DNA from: Bacteroidota bacterium
Lineage (GTDB): Bacteria; Bacteroidota; Bacteroidia; Bacteroidales; BM520
Direction: 5' to 3'
NCBI GenBank assembly: GCA_002748065.1
Contig: PDRJ01000032.1
Location: 236-64,235, forward strand
DNA: 64,000 nucleotides
Below are positions 16,113-25,743 of the stretch, piece by piece. Position 1 is the stretch's first letter. Each line of letters begins with the position of its first letter. Below the pieces are notes generated by a model. That model did no database searches. It was not told where the DNA came from and saw nothing but the letters and a program-made list of their open reading frames with translations. Both the position numbers and the translations under genes were made by a program.

Positions 16113-17906
16113 ATGATACATATTGAAAAACAATTAGCGGAGGAGGCCGTTCAGGCGGTGACGAAACTGTATGGGGTGGAGCCGGATAATGCCTTGATAT
16201 CCGTGCAAAAAACACGTCCTGAAATAGCAGGGGATTATACCATTGTGATGTTTCCCTTGTTGCGAATCAGTAAGAAGAATCCGGTACAGACCGCTGAAGA
16301 TATGGGGGCATGGCTGGTGCAGCATAGTGAGGTGTGTGCTGATTTTAAGGTGATTAAAGGCTTTTTGAACCTCACTCTTAAGGCAGATTACTGGAAACAT
16401 TTTTTTACGGAGGCCATGGCCGCAATACATTATGGGATGGCTCTTCGAAAAGAGGTTCCTCCCGTGGTGGTGGAGTACTCCTCTCCCAATACCAATAAGC
16501 CGTTGCATCTCGGCCATATCCGGAATAACCTGTTAGGCTACTCTGTGGCTAAAATTATGGAGGCAAACGGTTATCCGGTGGTGAAGGTGAACCTTGTGAA
16601 CGATCGTGGTATTCACATCTGCAAGTCCATGTTGGCCTGGCAGAAGTTTGGTGACGGTGAAACACCGGAATCTTCGGGTATGAAGGGGGATCACCTTATC
16701 GGGAAGTACTATGTGTGTTTTGACAAGGCGTATAAGCAGGAGGTGGCCACTCTGATGCAAGAGGGTATGACTGAAGAGGAGGCCAAGGAGAAGGCACCCC
16801 TGATGCAGGAGGCCCGGAGTATGTTGAGAAAATGGGAGGCTCAGGATCCGGAAACCCTCGCCCTATGGAAAAAGATGAATGGGTGGGTCTACGAAGGCTT
16901 CGACATAACTTACCAACGTATGGGCGTGAGCTTTGATAAAATTTATTATGAGTCGGAGACCTACCTGCTGGGGAAGGAGCTCGTGATGAAAGGCCTGGAA
17001 GAGGGGCGCTTGTTGCAAAAAGAGGACTCGTCGGTGTGGGCCGATTTGACCTCCCAGGGACTGGATGAGAAGATCCTGCTTCGTAGCGACGGTACGTCGG
17101 TTTACATGACCCAAGACCTGGGTACGGCCAATCTGCGTTACAACGACTACCATCCCCAGAAGATGGTCTATGTGGTGGGGAATGAGCAGAATTACCACTT
17201 TGAGGTGCTTGCTCGTGTGTTGAAGATGCTGGGGAAGACGTGGTCGGATACAGTATATCACCTCTCTTATGGCATGGTGGAGTTGCCGGATGGCAAGATG
17301 AAATCACGGGAGGGAACCGTGGTAGATGCCGATGATCTGATGGATGGGATGTATGATACGGCAAAGGCGATGGGTGAAGCGTTGGGTAAGGTGAAGGAGG
17401 GTGATGAAGAGGCCGCAGATTTGTACCAGATGGTTAGCCTTGGTGCATTGAAATATTTCATCCTGAAGGTAGACCCCAAGAAGAAGATCCTCTTCAATCC
17501 CGCAGAGTCCATCGATTTTAATGGTAATACCGGCCCCTTTATCCAATATACTTATGCCCGGATCTGTTCCCTCTTGCGTAAGGCCCGGGAGCAACAGAAG
17601 CGTGTTGACCTACACGGGGAGGAGGATTTTTCCCTACTGCAAGAGGGGGAGATGGGGGTTCTTAAGATGTTGCATGAATACCCCATGGTGGTAGAGAGTG
17701 CCGGGGAACATCTGAGTCCGGCAATGATTGCCAATTACGCTTACGATTTGGCGAAGGCCTTTAACGGGTTCTACCAAGAGGTGCCGGTGCTGAAGGAAGA
17801 AGATGAGGATAAGACGGCACTAAGGTTGTCCTTGGCGTTGATGACGGGACGGGTAATTAAGAGTGCCATGGCTCTCTTGGGAATCGAGGTTCCGGAGCGG
17901 ATGTAG
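16113..17906 (+). CDS. argS: Arginine--tRNA ligase
   Basis: SSPNTNKPLHLGHIRN (HIGH-type motif), MKSREG (KMSKS-type motif) and an anticodon-binding C-terminus ending ...ERM. Confidence 0.92.
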   Translation: MIHIEKQLAEEAVQAVTKLYGVEPDNALISVQKTRPEIAGDYTIVMFPLLRISKKNPVQTAEDMGAWLVQHSEVCADFKVIKGFLNLTLKADYWKHFFTEAMAAIHYGMALRKEVPPVVVEYSSPNTNKPLHLGHIRNNLLGYSVAKIMEANGYPVVKVNLVNDRGIHICKSMLAWQKFGDGETPESSGMKGDHLIGKYYVCFDKAYKQEVATLMQEGMTEEEAKEKAPLMQEARSMLRKWEAQDPETLALWKKMNGWVYEGFDITYQRMGVSFDKIYYESETYLLGKELVMKGLEEGRLLQKEDSSVWADLTSQGLDEKILLRSDGTSVYMTQDLGTANLRYNDYHPQKMVYVVGNEQNYHFEVLARVLKMLGKTWSDTVYHLSYGMVELPDGKMKSREGTVVDADDLMDGMYDTAKAMGEALGKVKEGDEEAADLYQMVSLGALKYFILKVDPKKKILFNPAESIDFNGNTGPFIQYTYARICSLLRKAREQQKRVDLHGEEDFSLLQEGEMGVLKMLHEYPMVVESAGEHLSPAMIANYAYDLAKAFNGFYQEVPVLKEEDEDKTALRLSLALMTGRVIKSAMALLGIEVPERM

Positions 17907-17989
17907 TTGGTGATACCCTTGTGTAGTTTATAGTGTTTAATTAACTGAAAATAATGTTTTTGTGTGCGCTTCTGATGGGGTAGCGGAGG

Positions 17990-18089
17990 AATTTGTTGGG
18001 GTAAATGTAATGCGTTGAGCAAAGCCGAAATAACCCTTTGGAAGAGAGGCACCACAAAGAAGTCGGGCTTTATAGACGGACTCTCTCTA
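17990..18089 (+). repeat. Degenerate MITE remnant(s)
   Basis: ggggtaaatg... gcaaagccgaaata..cctttggaagagaggcaccacaaagaagtcgggctttatagacggactctc. Matches internal and right-end MITE sequence, with rearrangement or deletion. Confidence 0.5.
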
Positions 18090-18174
18090 TGCCCGGTCAT
18101 CATTGACCAAAGAAACACCACCCGGAAAATCGTTGTTGAATAACCGGGTTGGCAATGGGTTGTAATTTATACGG

Positions 18175-19437
18175 TTATTTTCTTCTCAGGTGCTCTCTGT
18201 AGGCATCCCAGTCTTCGATAGGGATTTGGGCTACTCCTGTGGCACAGGCTGCTTTGGCTACCGCGAACGATTCAAATTCGTTGAGGCGGGGATCCAGCGG
18301 TTTGGGGATAATATAATCCCTCCCAAAGGTTAGGGAATCCAGGTTATAAGCCTTTAAGACATCTTGTGTGACAGGCTCTTTAGCCAGTGCTGCCAGTGCT
18401 TTTGCCGCAGCCACCTTCATGGCCTCATTGATGGTAGTGGCGCGCACGTCCAATGCTCCCCGAAAGATAAAGGGGAACCCGAGCACATTATTTACCTGAT
18501 TGGGATAGTCGGAACGCCCGGTGGCCATAAGGAGATCATCCCGTACGGCCAGCGCCTCTTCCGGAAGAATTTCCGGGGTGGGATTGGCCAACGCAAAGAC
18601 GATGGGGTTGGGGGCCATTTTCTTTAGGTATTCCGGCTTTAATGCTCCGGCAACGGAGAGTCCTAAGAACATATCCGCTCCCTCAATGGCCTCTTCCAGT
18701 GTGTGGACGTTGCGTTGGGTGATGAATTGTGCTTTGTATTTGTTTAGGTCTGTTCGATCTTTGTGAAGCACCCCCTTGCTGTCGAGCATCACCACATTCT
18801 CCGGTTTCACTCCCAGCGCCATATAGAGTTTGGTACAGGAGAAGGCAGAAGCCCCGGCACCGTTCACCACCACTTTGATGTTGCCCAACTCTTTTCCCAG
18901 AATTTCTGCTGCATTAAGTAGTCCCGCTGCTGTGATAATAGCGGTGCCGTGTTGATCGTCGTGCATCACCGGGATGTCCAGCGTCTTCTTCAACTCCTCC
19001 TCAATGTAGAAGCATTCCGGTGCTTTAATATCTTCCAGGTTGATCCCCCCAAAGGTGGGGGCCATGGCTTTGATAATGGCCACTAACTTCTCCGGGTCTT
19101 TTTCGTCAAGTTCAATATCAAATACATCAATATCGGCGAAGGCCTTGAAGAGAAGGCCTTTCCCTTCCATGACCGGCTTTCCTGCCAGGGTGCCAATATC
19201 GCCCAATCCCAAGACGGCTGTTCCATTGGAAATGACAGCAACCAGGTTGCCCTTTCCCGTATACTGGTAGGCTAACAGGGGATCTCGCTCTATTTCCAGA
19301 CAGGGGATGGCCACGCCGGGCGTGTAAGCCAGCGAAAGGTCTTTTTGGGTTTTGCTGGCTTTGGTAGGGATCACTTCCAATTTCCCCGGCTTGGGGTGAG
19401 CGTGATATCGTAAGGCTTCTTCTTTGAGGTTTTTCAT
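18175..19437 (-). CDS. NAD(P)-dependent malic enzyme (short form, no PTA-like domain)
   Basis: 420 aa. [16 protein letters not shown] and VVNGAGASA motifs. Confidence 0.9.
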   Translation of the reverse strand: MKNLKEEALRYHAHPKPGKLEVIPTKASKTQKDLSLAYTPGVAIPCLEIERDPLLAYQYTGKGNLVAVISNGTAVLGLGDIGTLAGKPVMEGKGLLFKAFADIDVFDIELDEKDPEKLVAIIKAMAPTFGGINLEDIKAPECFYIEEELKKTLDIPVMHDDQHGTAIITAAGLLNAAEILGKELGNIKVVVNGAGASAFSCTKLYMALGVKPENVVMLDSKGVLHKDRTDLNKYKAQFITQRNVHTLEEAIEGADMFLGLSVAGALKPEYLKKMAPNPIVFALANPTPEILPEEALAVRDDLLMATGRSDYPNQVNNVLGFPFIFRGALDVRATTINEAMKVAAAKALAALAKEPVTQDVLKAYNLDSLTFGRDYIIPKPLDPRLNEFESFAVAKAACATGVAQIPIEDWDAYREHLRRK

Positions 19438-19460
19438 GGGTGTTGGGTCTTTGGGGGAGG

Positions 19461-20339
19461 CTATATGATTGCGTTTTTTTGTAACAATTCTTTCATCTGT
19501 TTTTGCAGTTCTTGTGCTTTTTCACCGGCTTTGACGGCAAAATCTTCTTGGTTGGAGGCGAAGATGATTCCCCGTGAAGAGTTGACAATAAGTCCACACT
19601 GTGCGTTCATGCCAAACTCAGCCACCTGTTCCAGGTCGCCTCCTTGCGCCCCTACGCCGGGTATCAAGAGGAAGTGTTGGGGGACAATCTGGCGGATACC
19701 CTTGAGCATCTCCGCCTTGGTTGCGCCCACCACGAACATCATGTTCTCTTCAGATCCCCCCCAACGGTAACTTGCCGCTAAGACGTGTTCAAAGAGTTTC
19801 CGGATTTTTTGCTTTCGGGTTCGGATTCCCATTTTCTCCATCATCGAGGAGAACTGGGGTTGCAGGAACTGAAAATCATAGGCGCCATCGTTGGAGGTAA
19901 GGGCCAAAAGGATAACCCATTTCTCCTCGTAGTTTAGGAAGGGGGTTACCGAATCTTCACCCATGTAAGGGGCTACGGTGAGGGCATCCACATCCATCTG
20001 CTGGAAGAAGGCGTTGGCGTACTGTTTGGAGGTATTTCCAATGTCTCCCCGCTTGCCATCGGCAATGATAAATACCTCCTTTTCGTACTGCTTTAGGTAC
20101 TGGATGGTCTTCTCCAGACAGATCCATCCGGCGGAGCCACGACTCTCATAAAAAGCCGTGTTGGGCTTATAAGCGATGGTGTAGGGGAGGGTTGCCTCGA
20201 TAATCTGCTTGTTGAATTCGAAGACCGGGTCTTCCTTTTCCCGGAGGTGTGGAGGAATTTTCCGGATGTCGGAGTCCAATCCGACGCAGAGGAAGGACTC
20301 TTTCCGTTTGATAAGGTCAAAAAGCTCAAGACGTTTCAT
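19461..20339 (-). CDS. pyrF: Orotidine-5'-phosphate decarboxylase (type 2)
   Basis: 292 aa. LCVGLDSD and [11 protein letters not shown] motifs. Confidence 0.88.
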   Translation of the reverse strand: MKRLELFDLIKRKESFLCVGLDSDIRKIPPHLREKEDPVFEFNKQIIEATLPYTIAYKPNTAFYESRGSAGWICLEKTIQYLKQYEKEVFIIADGKRGDIGNTSKQYANAFFQQMDVDALTVAPYMGEDSVTPFLNYEEKWVILLALTSNDGAYDFQFLQPQFSSMMEKMGIRTRKQKIRKLFEHVLAASYRWGGSEENMMFVVGATKAEMLKGIRQIVPQHFLLIPGVGAQGGDLEQVAEFGMNAQCGLIVNSSRGIIFASNQEDFAVKAGEKAQELQKQMKELLQKNAII

Positions 20340-20380
20340 GGCAATAAGATTTGGTGGCTATGCGTGTAAAATTAGGTGTT

Positions 20381-21457
20381 CTATTCACTTACAGATTCTT
20401 TCAGACGCTCCGCATTCTCCGCCACAATCAGCTTATCGATAAACTCTTGAATGTCGCCATCCATGACGGTGGAGAGGTTAAATGAGGAGAAGTTGATACG
20501 ATGATCAGTCACCCGTCCCTGAGGATAGTTGTAGGTGCGGATCTTCGCGGAGCGGTCGCCGGTGGAGACCATGGTTTTTCGTTTGGAAGAGATCTCGTCG
20601 AGGTATTTTTGATACTCCATCTCGTAGATGCGGGTACGGAGTACCTTCATGGCCTTGTCCAGGTTTTTGATTTGTGATTTCTGATCCTGGCAGGTCACCA
20701 CGATCCCTGTGGGGACGTGGGTGAGGCGGACGGCGGAGTAGGTGGTGTTTACGGATTGTCCTCCCGGGCCGGAGCTACAGTAGGTGTCCTTTCGGATATC
20801 CGCTTGTTTCAGCTCTACGTCAAACTCTTCCGCTTCGGGGAGTACTGCAACAGTGGCCGCAGAGGTGTGAACCCTGCCCTGGGTCTCCGTTTGTGGCACC
20901 CGTTGAACCCGATGTACGCCCGATTCGTATTTCAGTTGGCCATAGATGCCCTCTCCAACCACATTGAAGACCACCTCCTTGTATCCTCCTACGGTTCCAG
21001 GGGTCTCACTGACCGTCTCGACCTTCCATTTTTTGGATTCACAATACTTCACATACATGCGGAAAAGATCTCCGGCAAAGATACTTGCCTCATCGCCTCC
21101 GGTACCGGCCCGAATCTCAAAGATGGCATTCTTACCATCTTGAGGATCCTTAGGGATGAGCAACACCTTGATATCCTCCTCCATGGCATCGCGTCGCTGT
21201 ATGAATTCATTGAGCTCTTCCTTTGCCATCTCGCGAAACTCTTCATCCTTTTCGGTCTGTAAAATCTCCTTGGTGGCCTCAATGTTGTCTAAAATCTCTT
21301 TGTAGGTGATATAGGCTTTTGAGACAGGCTCCAGCTCCTTATAGTCTTTATTAAGTTTCACAAACTTCTTCATATCTGATGCCACTTCGGGATCTGTAAG
21401 TTGTTTCCCCAACTCCAGAAATTTGTGGTGAACCTCTTCCAATTTTTGCAATAACAT
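20381..21457 (-). CDS. prfA: Peptide chain release factor 1
   Basis: 358 aa. A PxT-type region and the SSGPGGQSVNTT (GGQ) motif. Confidence 0.93.
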   Translation of the reverse strand: MLLQKLEEVHHKFLELGKQLTDPEVASDMKKFVKLNKDYKELEPVSKAYITYKEILDNIEATKEILQTEKDEEFREMAKEELNEFIQRRDAMEEDIKVLLIPKDPQDGKNAIFEIRAGTGGDEASIFAGDLFRMYVKYCESKKWKVETVSETPGTVGGYKEVVFNVVGEGIYGQLKYESGVHRVQRVPQTETQGRVHTSAATVAVLPEAEEFDVELKQADIRKDTYCSSGPGGQSVNTTYSAVRLTHVPTGIVVTCQDQKSQIKNLDKAMKVLRTRIYEMEYQKYLDEISSKRKTMVSTGDRSAKIRTYNYPQGRVTDHRINFSSFNLSTVMDGDIQEFIDKLIVAENAERLKESVSE

Positions 21458-21633
21458 ATCTTGCCTTGTTTTATTAATGGTTGTACGAAAACCCCTCGTT
21501 GCCTTGACTTCTTATAAGAGGTGGCCAAAATGGGAAGTGTGATTGCTATCAATCAGGAATTTCCCATGGGTAAGTGACTTCTCCTGAGGTGCATTTGGCT
21601 TTTTTCCCCTGTTTTCGTATAAAAACCGAACTG

Positions 21634-21641
21634 CAAAGGTA
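21634..21641 (-). promoter_or_regulatory. -7 box TACCTTTG (minus strand), 177 nt upstream of prfA
   Basis: The plus strand reads caaaggta. This implies a long leader if it is used. Confidence 0.3.
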
Positions 21642-21689
21642 CAATATTGTTTAAAGAAGTGCTAACCCTGTTTTGTGTTGTTGGTGGGG

Positions 21690-22658
21690 CTATTTCAGGC
21701 GACGTTTTTTTATCATTCCTCCCTTGGCATCCTTTATACTATGCATGACGATGAAGGCTTCTTTGTCAATTTTGTCGATTTCTGTTTGTAGTTTTGACAC
21801 TTCCAGACGTGTTAACAGTGTGTAGACGATGTCGGTCTCCTTTAAGGCCTCTCCTCTCTTGCCAAACCCTTTTTTTCCGGCGTATATCGTACAACCTCTT
21901 CCTAGTTTCTCAATGATTGCCAAGCGGATCTCTTCATGTTTTTCCGATAGGATGGAGACCCCTACATACTCTTCAACCCCGGTGATCACGTAATCGACGG
22001 TTTTGGAGGCTGCCAGGTAGGTGAGAACGGCGTATAGGGCAATCTCTACGGAGAAGATATAGGCGGCAATGGAGAAGATGATGATATTGAAGATTAAGAT
22101 GATATCACCAATGGTCATGGCAGTTTTTCGGCTGATAAAAACAGCCAGAACTTCCGTGCCGTCAATGACAGCGCCACCCCGCACAGACAAGCCAATTCCC
22201 AGACCGAGAAAAAATCCACCGAAAACAGAGATTAAGAGCCGGTCTGCAGTGATGGTGGGGTAGGGAATGGTGTAGAGTGCTAGCGCCAGAAGAACGATGG
22301 CAAAAATGCTTTTGATGGCAAATTGCTTGCTGATGGTGGAGAAGGCCAAAAGCAGAAAGGGAATGTTCAATAACACCACAAGAATGGATAGGGGAAGTTG
22401 GGTTACTTTTGTGATGATAAGGGATATCCCCATGACACCCCCGTCAAGAAATGCGTTTGGAAGGAGAAAACCCTTTAATCCGAAACTTGCTGATAGTATC
22501 CCCAGTACAATAAGAAAGCTGTCATGCAAGATATGGGAGACCTCCACTTGCATGTAGCGAACCTCTTTTTCAAATTGCCTTCCGGAGGTTCGTTTACTTT
22601 TGGTTCTCAGGCGGCGTTTTGCCGTTTTGACAATGAAGTATTTGAAGAGAGAATTCAT
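21690..22658 (-). CDS. YitT-family (DUF2179) membrane protein
   Basis: Several hydrophobic segments plus a C-terminal DUF2179-like soluble domain. Alternative start ATG 22553 (MQVEVSHIL...). Confidence 0.75.
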   Translation of the reverse strand: MNSLFKYFIVKTAKRRLRTKSKRTSGRQFEKEVRYMQVEVSHILHDSFLIVLGILSASFGLKGFLLPNAFLDGGVMGISLIITKVTQLPLSILVVLLNIPFLLLAFSTISKQFAIKSIFAIVLLALALYTIPYPTITADRLLISVFGGFFLGLGIGLSVRGGAVIDGTEVLAVFISRKTAMTIGDIILIFNIIIFSIAAYIFSVEIALYAVLTYLAASKTVDYVITGVEEYVGVSILSEKHEEIRLAIIEKLGRGCTIYAGKKGFGKRGEALKETDIVYTLLTRLEVSKLQTEIDKIDKEAFIVMHSIKDAKGGMIKKRRLK

Positions 22659-23311
22659 GGTGTTGTACGTTCAATTTACTCTTCAATGGTACAACAATTA
22701 TCCGTTCGTTGTTATGAAATTGTAAAATAAATTTTTTCTTTTTTTTGCTTATTTAAGATGTTTGTTATGAGTGCTTTATATTTTATGAGAGAGAGGAAAG
22801 GGCGCCGGAGGTAGCTCTGTTATCATCTTTCTTAAGGGTGGGCGAGGAGTGTGGGAGAAGAGAAGGTATTTTAATCCATAACTTGTCAGCTAAGTGCTTT
22901 ATGCCTATTTTTGCTTCAGTTGAAGAGTTTCCCCCTTTTACCCTGTTTTTGGTCGAACGCAAAAATACAAGGTCCTGAGGGCTTTTTACAACTACGACTT
23001 TCGGGTGTGGGTGGAACATTTCGTAAAGAGAAAATTGAACGACGGAATACGTTCAGACGGAAGACTACTCTTAGGAAGAAAATAAATTTTTTGAGTGCAA
23101 AATACCTTTTGATGGGGAATGAGATCGTTCAAGGAATCAGGGGATAGATCTTTTCCGGGCAGGAAATGATCTCTGGTGATTGGCGAGAAGGCCTTGCTGT
23201 TTTTATCAGTTAAAAGGTATACCGTGGAGGGAAATTCACCTCTAATGTCGATCTGGAATTTGATAAAGGCGGGGCATCTTCTATCGTATGGAATTCATAA
23301 AAGAAACAGAT

Positions 23312-24382
23312 ATGAAAAATATCATCCTCCTTTTTTTGGGCTTGCTGTCTCTTTCCATGGTTTGGGGGCAATCTTTTGTAGGGAGGGATACTCTGAAAAC
23401 GGAGATTCTCCCGAACAGTGGACGTAGAATTGTTGTTGAAAATGAGCAAGAGCTAGCAGCAGCATTGGCAATTCCCGGAGCCTCGGTGGAGATAAAATCC
23501 AACACCAATATCCTCCTTACCTCAACCATTGAGGTGGCAAAAGGGGTTCACTTAAATGGTAACAACAACACGGTAGCTGCTGTGGGAACCGATTTTGTGA
23601 TGTTTTTATGGCAACCGGGGGTAAATCACTGTCTGTTTGAGAACCTTTATCTTGTGGGGCAGTCGTCAAGTGCTGTGAATAAGGCTTTTGTGAAATCCAA
23701 TGTGGGGATACAGTTAGATCGGGCCTACCAGAATGTGTTTCAGAACCTTCACTTTTCCAATTTTTCTGGGGCCTGCATGACCTTTCAGGGGGCTCTTTCC
23801 GATGATCCCTATTCGCATCGAGCCATGGTGTTGGGCTGCTCTTTTTCCAATAGTTTTGTGGGGATCTCTCATACCGATAGGTACGAATACTCGATGGTTT
23901 CAACCTGCTTTTTCTCCCGTTGCCGGGTGGGTCTTCTTGGTAATTCGGGCAATTGGAATGTGACGGGAAATACCTTCGTTACCTGTGCAACCCCCTTCTT
24001 GTCCATTGCTGAAACAACGCCCTACGGAACCTTGAGTACCGACAACTGGGGGCACGGTATTTTTTCTGCTAACAAGGTAGAACATAGTGCCAGTGGCGGG
24101 GGAATAAGATGGTTTCAAAACCTTGGTTTTCCTGTGGGGGATGGTCTCTTTACCGAAACCGGTGGTGTTCATATTGAGGGTGTTATCCCGCCTACCATGG
24201 CCTCAAACTCTTTCTATTTTTCAAACCTGAAATTTAATGATCCCAACACGGTTGGACATATTCATTATGTCAATGCCAGTACTTTTCAACACAGTACGAT
24301 CTCTTGTAACATCCCTGACCGAATCAAGATCAATGCCTGCAACCTTAGGGAAGAGGTGGTTTTGGAGGATGTGTCACCGTAG
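23312..24382 (+). CDS. Secreted right-handed beta-helix (pectate-lyase-fold-like) protein
   Basis: Start moved to MKNIILLFLGLLSLSMVWGQ (signal peptide). Repetitive N/G/V-rich beta-helix-like segments. Function unknown. Confidence 0.6.
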   Translation: MKNIILLFLGLLSLSMVWGQSFVGRDTLKTEILPNSGRRIVVENEQELAAALAIPGASVEIKSNTNILLTSTIEVAKGVHLNGNNNTVAAVGTDFVMFLWQPGVNHCLFENLYLVGQSSSAVNKAFVKSNVGIQLDRAYQNVFQNLHFSNFSGACMTFQGALSDDPYSHRAMVLGCSFSNSFVGISHTDRYEYSMVSTCFFSRCRVGLLGNSGNWNVTGNTFVTCATPFLSIAETTPYGTLSTDNWGHGIFSANKVEHSASGGGIRWFQNLGFPVGDGLFTETGGVHIEGVIPPTMASNSFYFSNLKFNDPNTVGHIHYVNASTFQHSTISCNIPDRIKINACNLREEVVLEDVSP

Positions 24383-24397
24383 CGGCAAAACACGATT

Positions 24398-24552
24398 CAG
24401 AGCCCGTCTATAAAGTCCGACTTCTTCGTTATGCTTGTCTTCCTAATGGTCATTTACCTTAGTAAACTCCCCTCTTTCAGTCTTCGCAAGCCTCGAACTC
24501 GAACTTTCTATACAGCCTCTTCTCAACCCCTTGATTTTATGGACAGACACTA
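24398..24552 (-). mobile_element. MITE-like 155-bp element, copy E (reverse orientation)
   Basis: cagagcccgtctataaagtccgacttcttcg...ttttatggacagacacTA. Full length, between convergent genes. Confidence 0.85.
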
Positions 24553-24566
24553 TTTATCTCTTCTTC

Positions 24567-25742
24567 CTATCGATCATACTCAAAAGTCCCTTGTTCGCCT
24601 ATGAGGGTGAGTCGCTTCCCCTGGGATGGAACCACACGCCCGACAATTTGCGCGTCGATGTGAAAGGAACGGGAGATGGCAATGAGCTCTTCTGCCACTT
24701 CCGGAGTCACATACAATTCCATACGATGCCCCATGTTAAAGACTTTGTACATCTCTTGCCAGGGGGTTTGCGACTCTTGTTGGATATGATAGAAGAGGGA
24801 GGGGATGGGGAAGAGGTTATCTTTGACCACATGTAGTGTTGGAGGTGTGAAGTGGAGGATTTTGGTTTGGGCGCCACCGCTACAGTGAATCATCCCGTGG
24901 ATCTGTTTGCGATGTGTTTTTAGCATGGCTGCAATCACCGGGGCGTAGGTGCGGGTGGGGGAGAGCACAAGGTGCCCCATGTTCAGTCCCTCAGTGGCGG
25001 GGTCAGTGAGCTTGTAGCTTCCGGAGTAGACCAACTCTTCGTTGATGCCAGGATCATAGCTTTCCGGGTACTTTTCGGCCAGGTACTTGGTAAAGAGGTC
25101 ATGGCGTGCAGAGGTTAATCCATTGCTTCCCATTCCCCCATTGTAGTGTGTTTCGTAGGTGGCCTGTCCAAATGACGCCAACCCCACGATCACATCTCCG
25201 GCGCCGATACGGTGGTTGGAGATGATCTCTTCCCTTCGTGCCCTGGCTGTGACAGTGGAATCCACAATAATGGTGCGTACCAGGTCGCCCACATCAGCTG
25301 TTTCCCCTCCGGTGGACCATATGCCCACGCCCAGATCACGCATCTCTTGCAAAAACTCCTCTGTACCATTGATGATCGCTGCAATCACCTCTCCGGGGAT
25401 AAGCCGCTTATTGCGTCCGATGGTTGAAGAGAGCAGGATCTTGTCGGTGATACCCACACAGAGCAGGTCATCGATATTCATCACAATGGCATCCTGAGCA
25501 ATTCCTTTCCACACACTGAGGTCTCCGGTCTCTCTCCAGTAGAGGTAGGCCAAGGAGGATTTTGTTCCGGCTCCATCCGCATGCATTACGGTGCAGTAGT
25601 CGGGATCCCCGGTAAGGTAGTCTTCCACAACCTTGCAGAAGGCTCCCGGGAAGAGTCCCTTATCCACGTTTTTTATGGCGTTGTGTACCTCCTCCTTGGT
25701 TGCCGATACACCCCTCTTATGATATCTTGATGCTGTAGTCAT
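24567..25742 (-). CDS. purM: Phosphoribosylformylglycinamidine cyclo-ligase (long Bacteroidota form)
   Basis: 391 aa. YHKRGVSATKEEVHNAIKN...HADGAGTKSSLAY is typical of the Bacteroides-type PurM. Confidence 0.85.
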   Translation of the reverse strand: MTTASRYHKRGVSATKEEVHNAIKNVDKGLFPGAFCKVVEDYLTGDPDYCTVMHADGAGTKSSLAYLYWRETGDLSVWKGIAQDAIVMNIDDLLCVGITDKILLSSTIGRNKRLIPGEVIAAIINGTEEFLQEMRDLGVGIWSTGGETADVGDLVRTIIVDSTVTARARREEIISNHRIGAGDVIVGLASFGQATYETHYNGGMGSNGLTSARHDLFTKYLAEKYPESYDPGINEELVYSGSYKLTDPATEGLNMGHLVLSPTRTYAPVIAAMLKTHRKQIHGMIHCSGGAQTKILHFTPPTLHVVKDNLFPIPSLFYHIQQESQTPWQEMYKVFNMGHRMELYVTPEVAEELIAISRSFHIDAQIVGRVVPSQGKRLTLIGEQGTFEYDR

Positions 25743-25743
25743 C

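Noticed and set aside
21484-21619. 9-bp inverted repeat tacgaaaac ... gttttcgta enclosing ~120 nt of the long prfA upstream region (possible structured leader)
   Set aside because: The stem is short, there is no recognisable leader peptide or known motif, and the distant -7 box assignment is itself weak.
22793-22830. gagaggaaagggcgccggagg in the 630-bp gap 22659..23287, reminiscent of the RNase P RNA GAGGAAAGTCCGGGC box; possible ncRNA or riboswitch
   Set aside because: The other universally conserved RNase P blocks (for example ACAGAAnCCGGCTTA) are absent and I cannot fold a convincing structure by eye. The gap remains unexplained but unsupported as any named RNA. A covariance-model scan (Rfam) would settle it.
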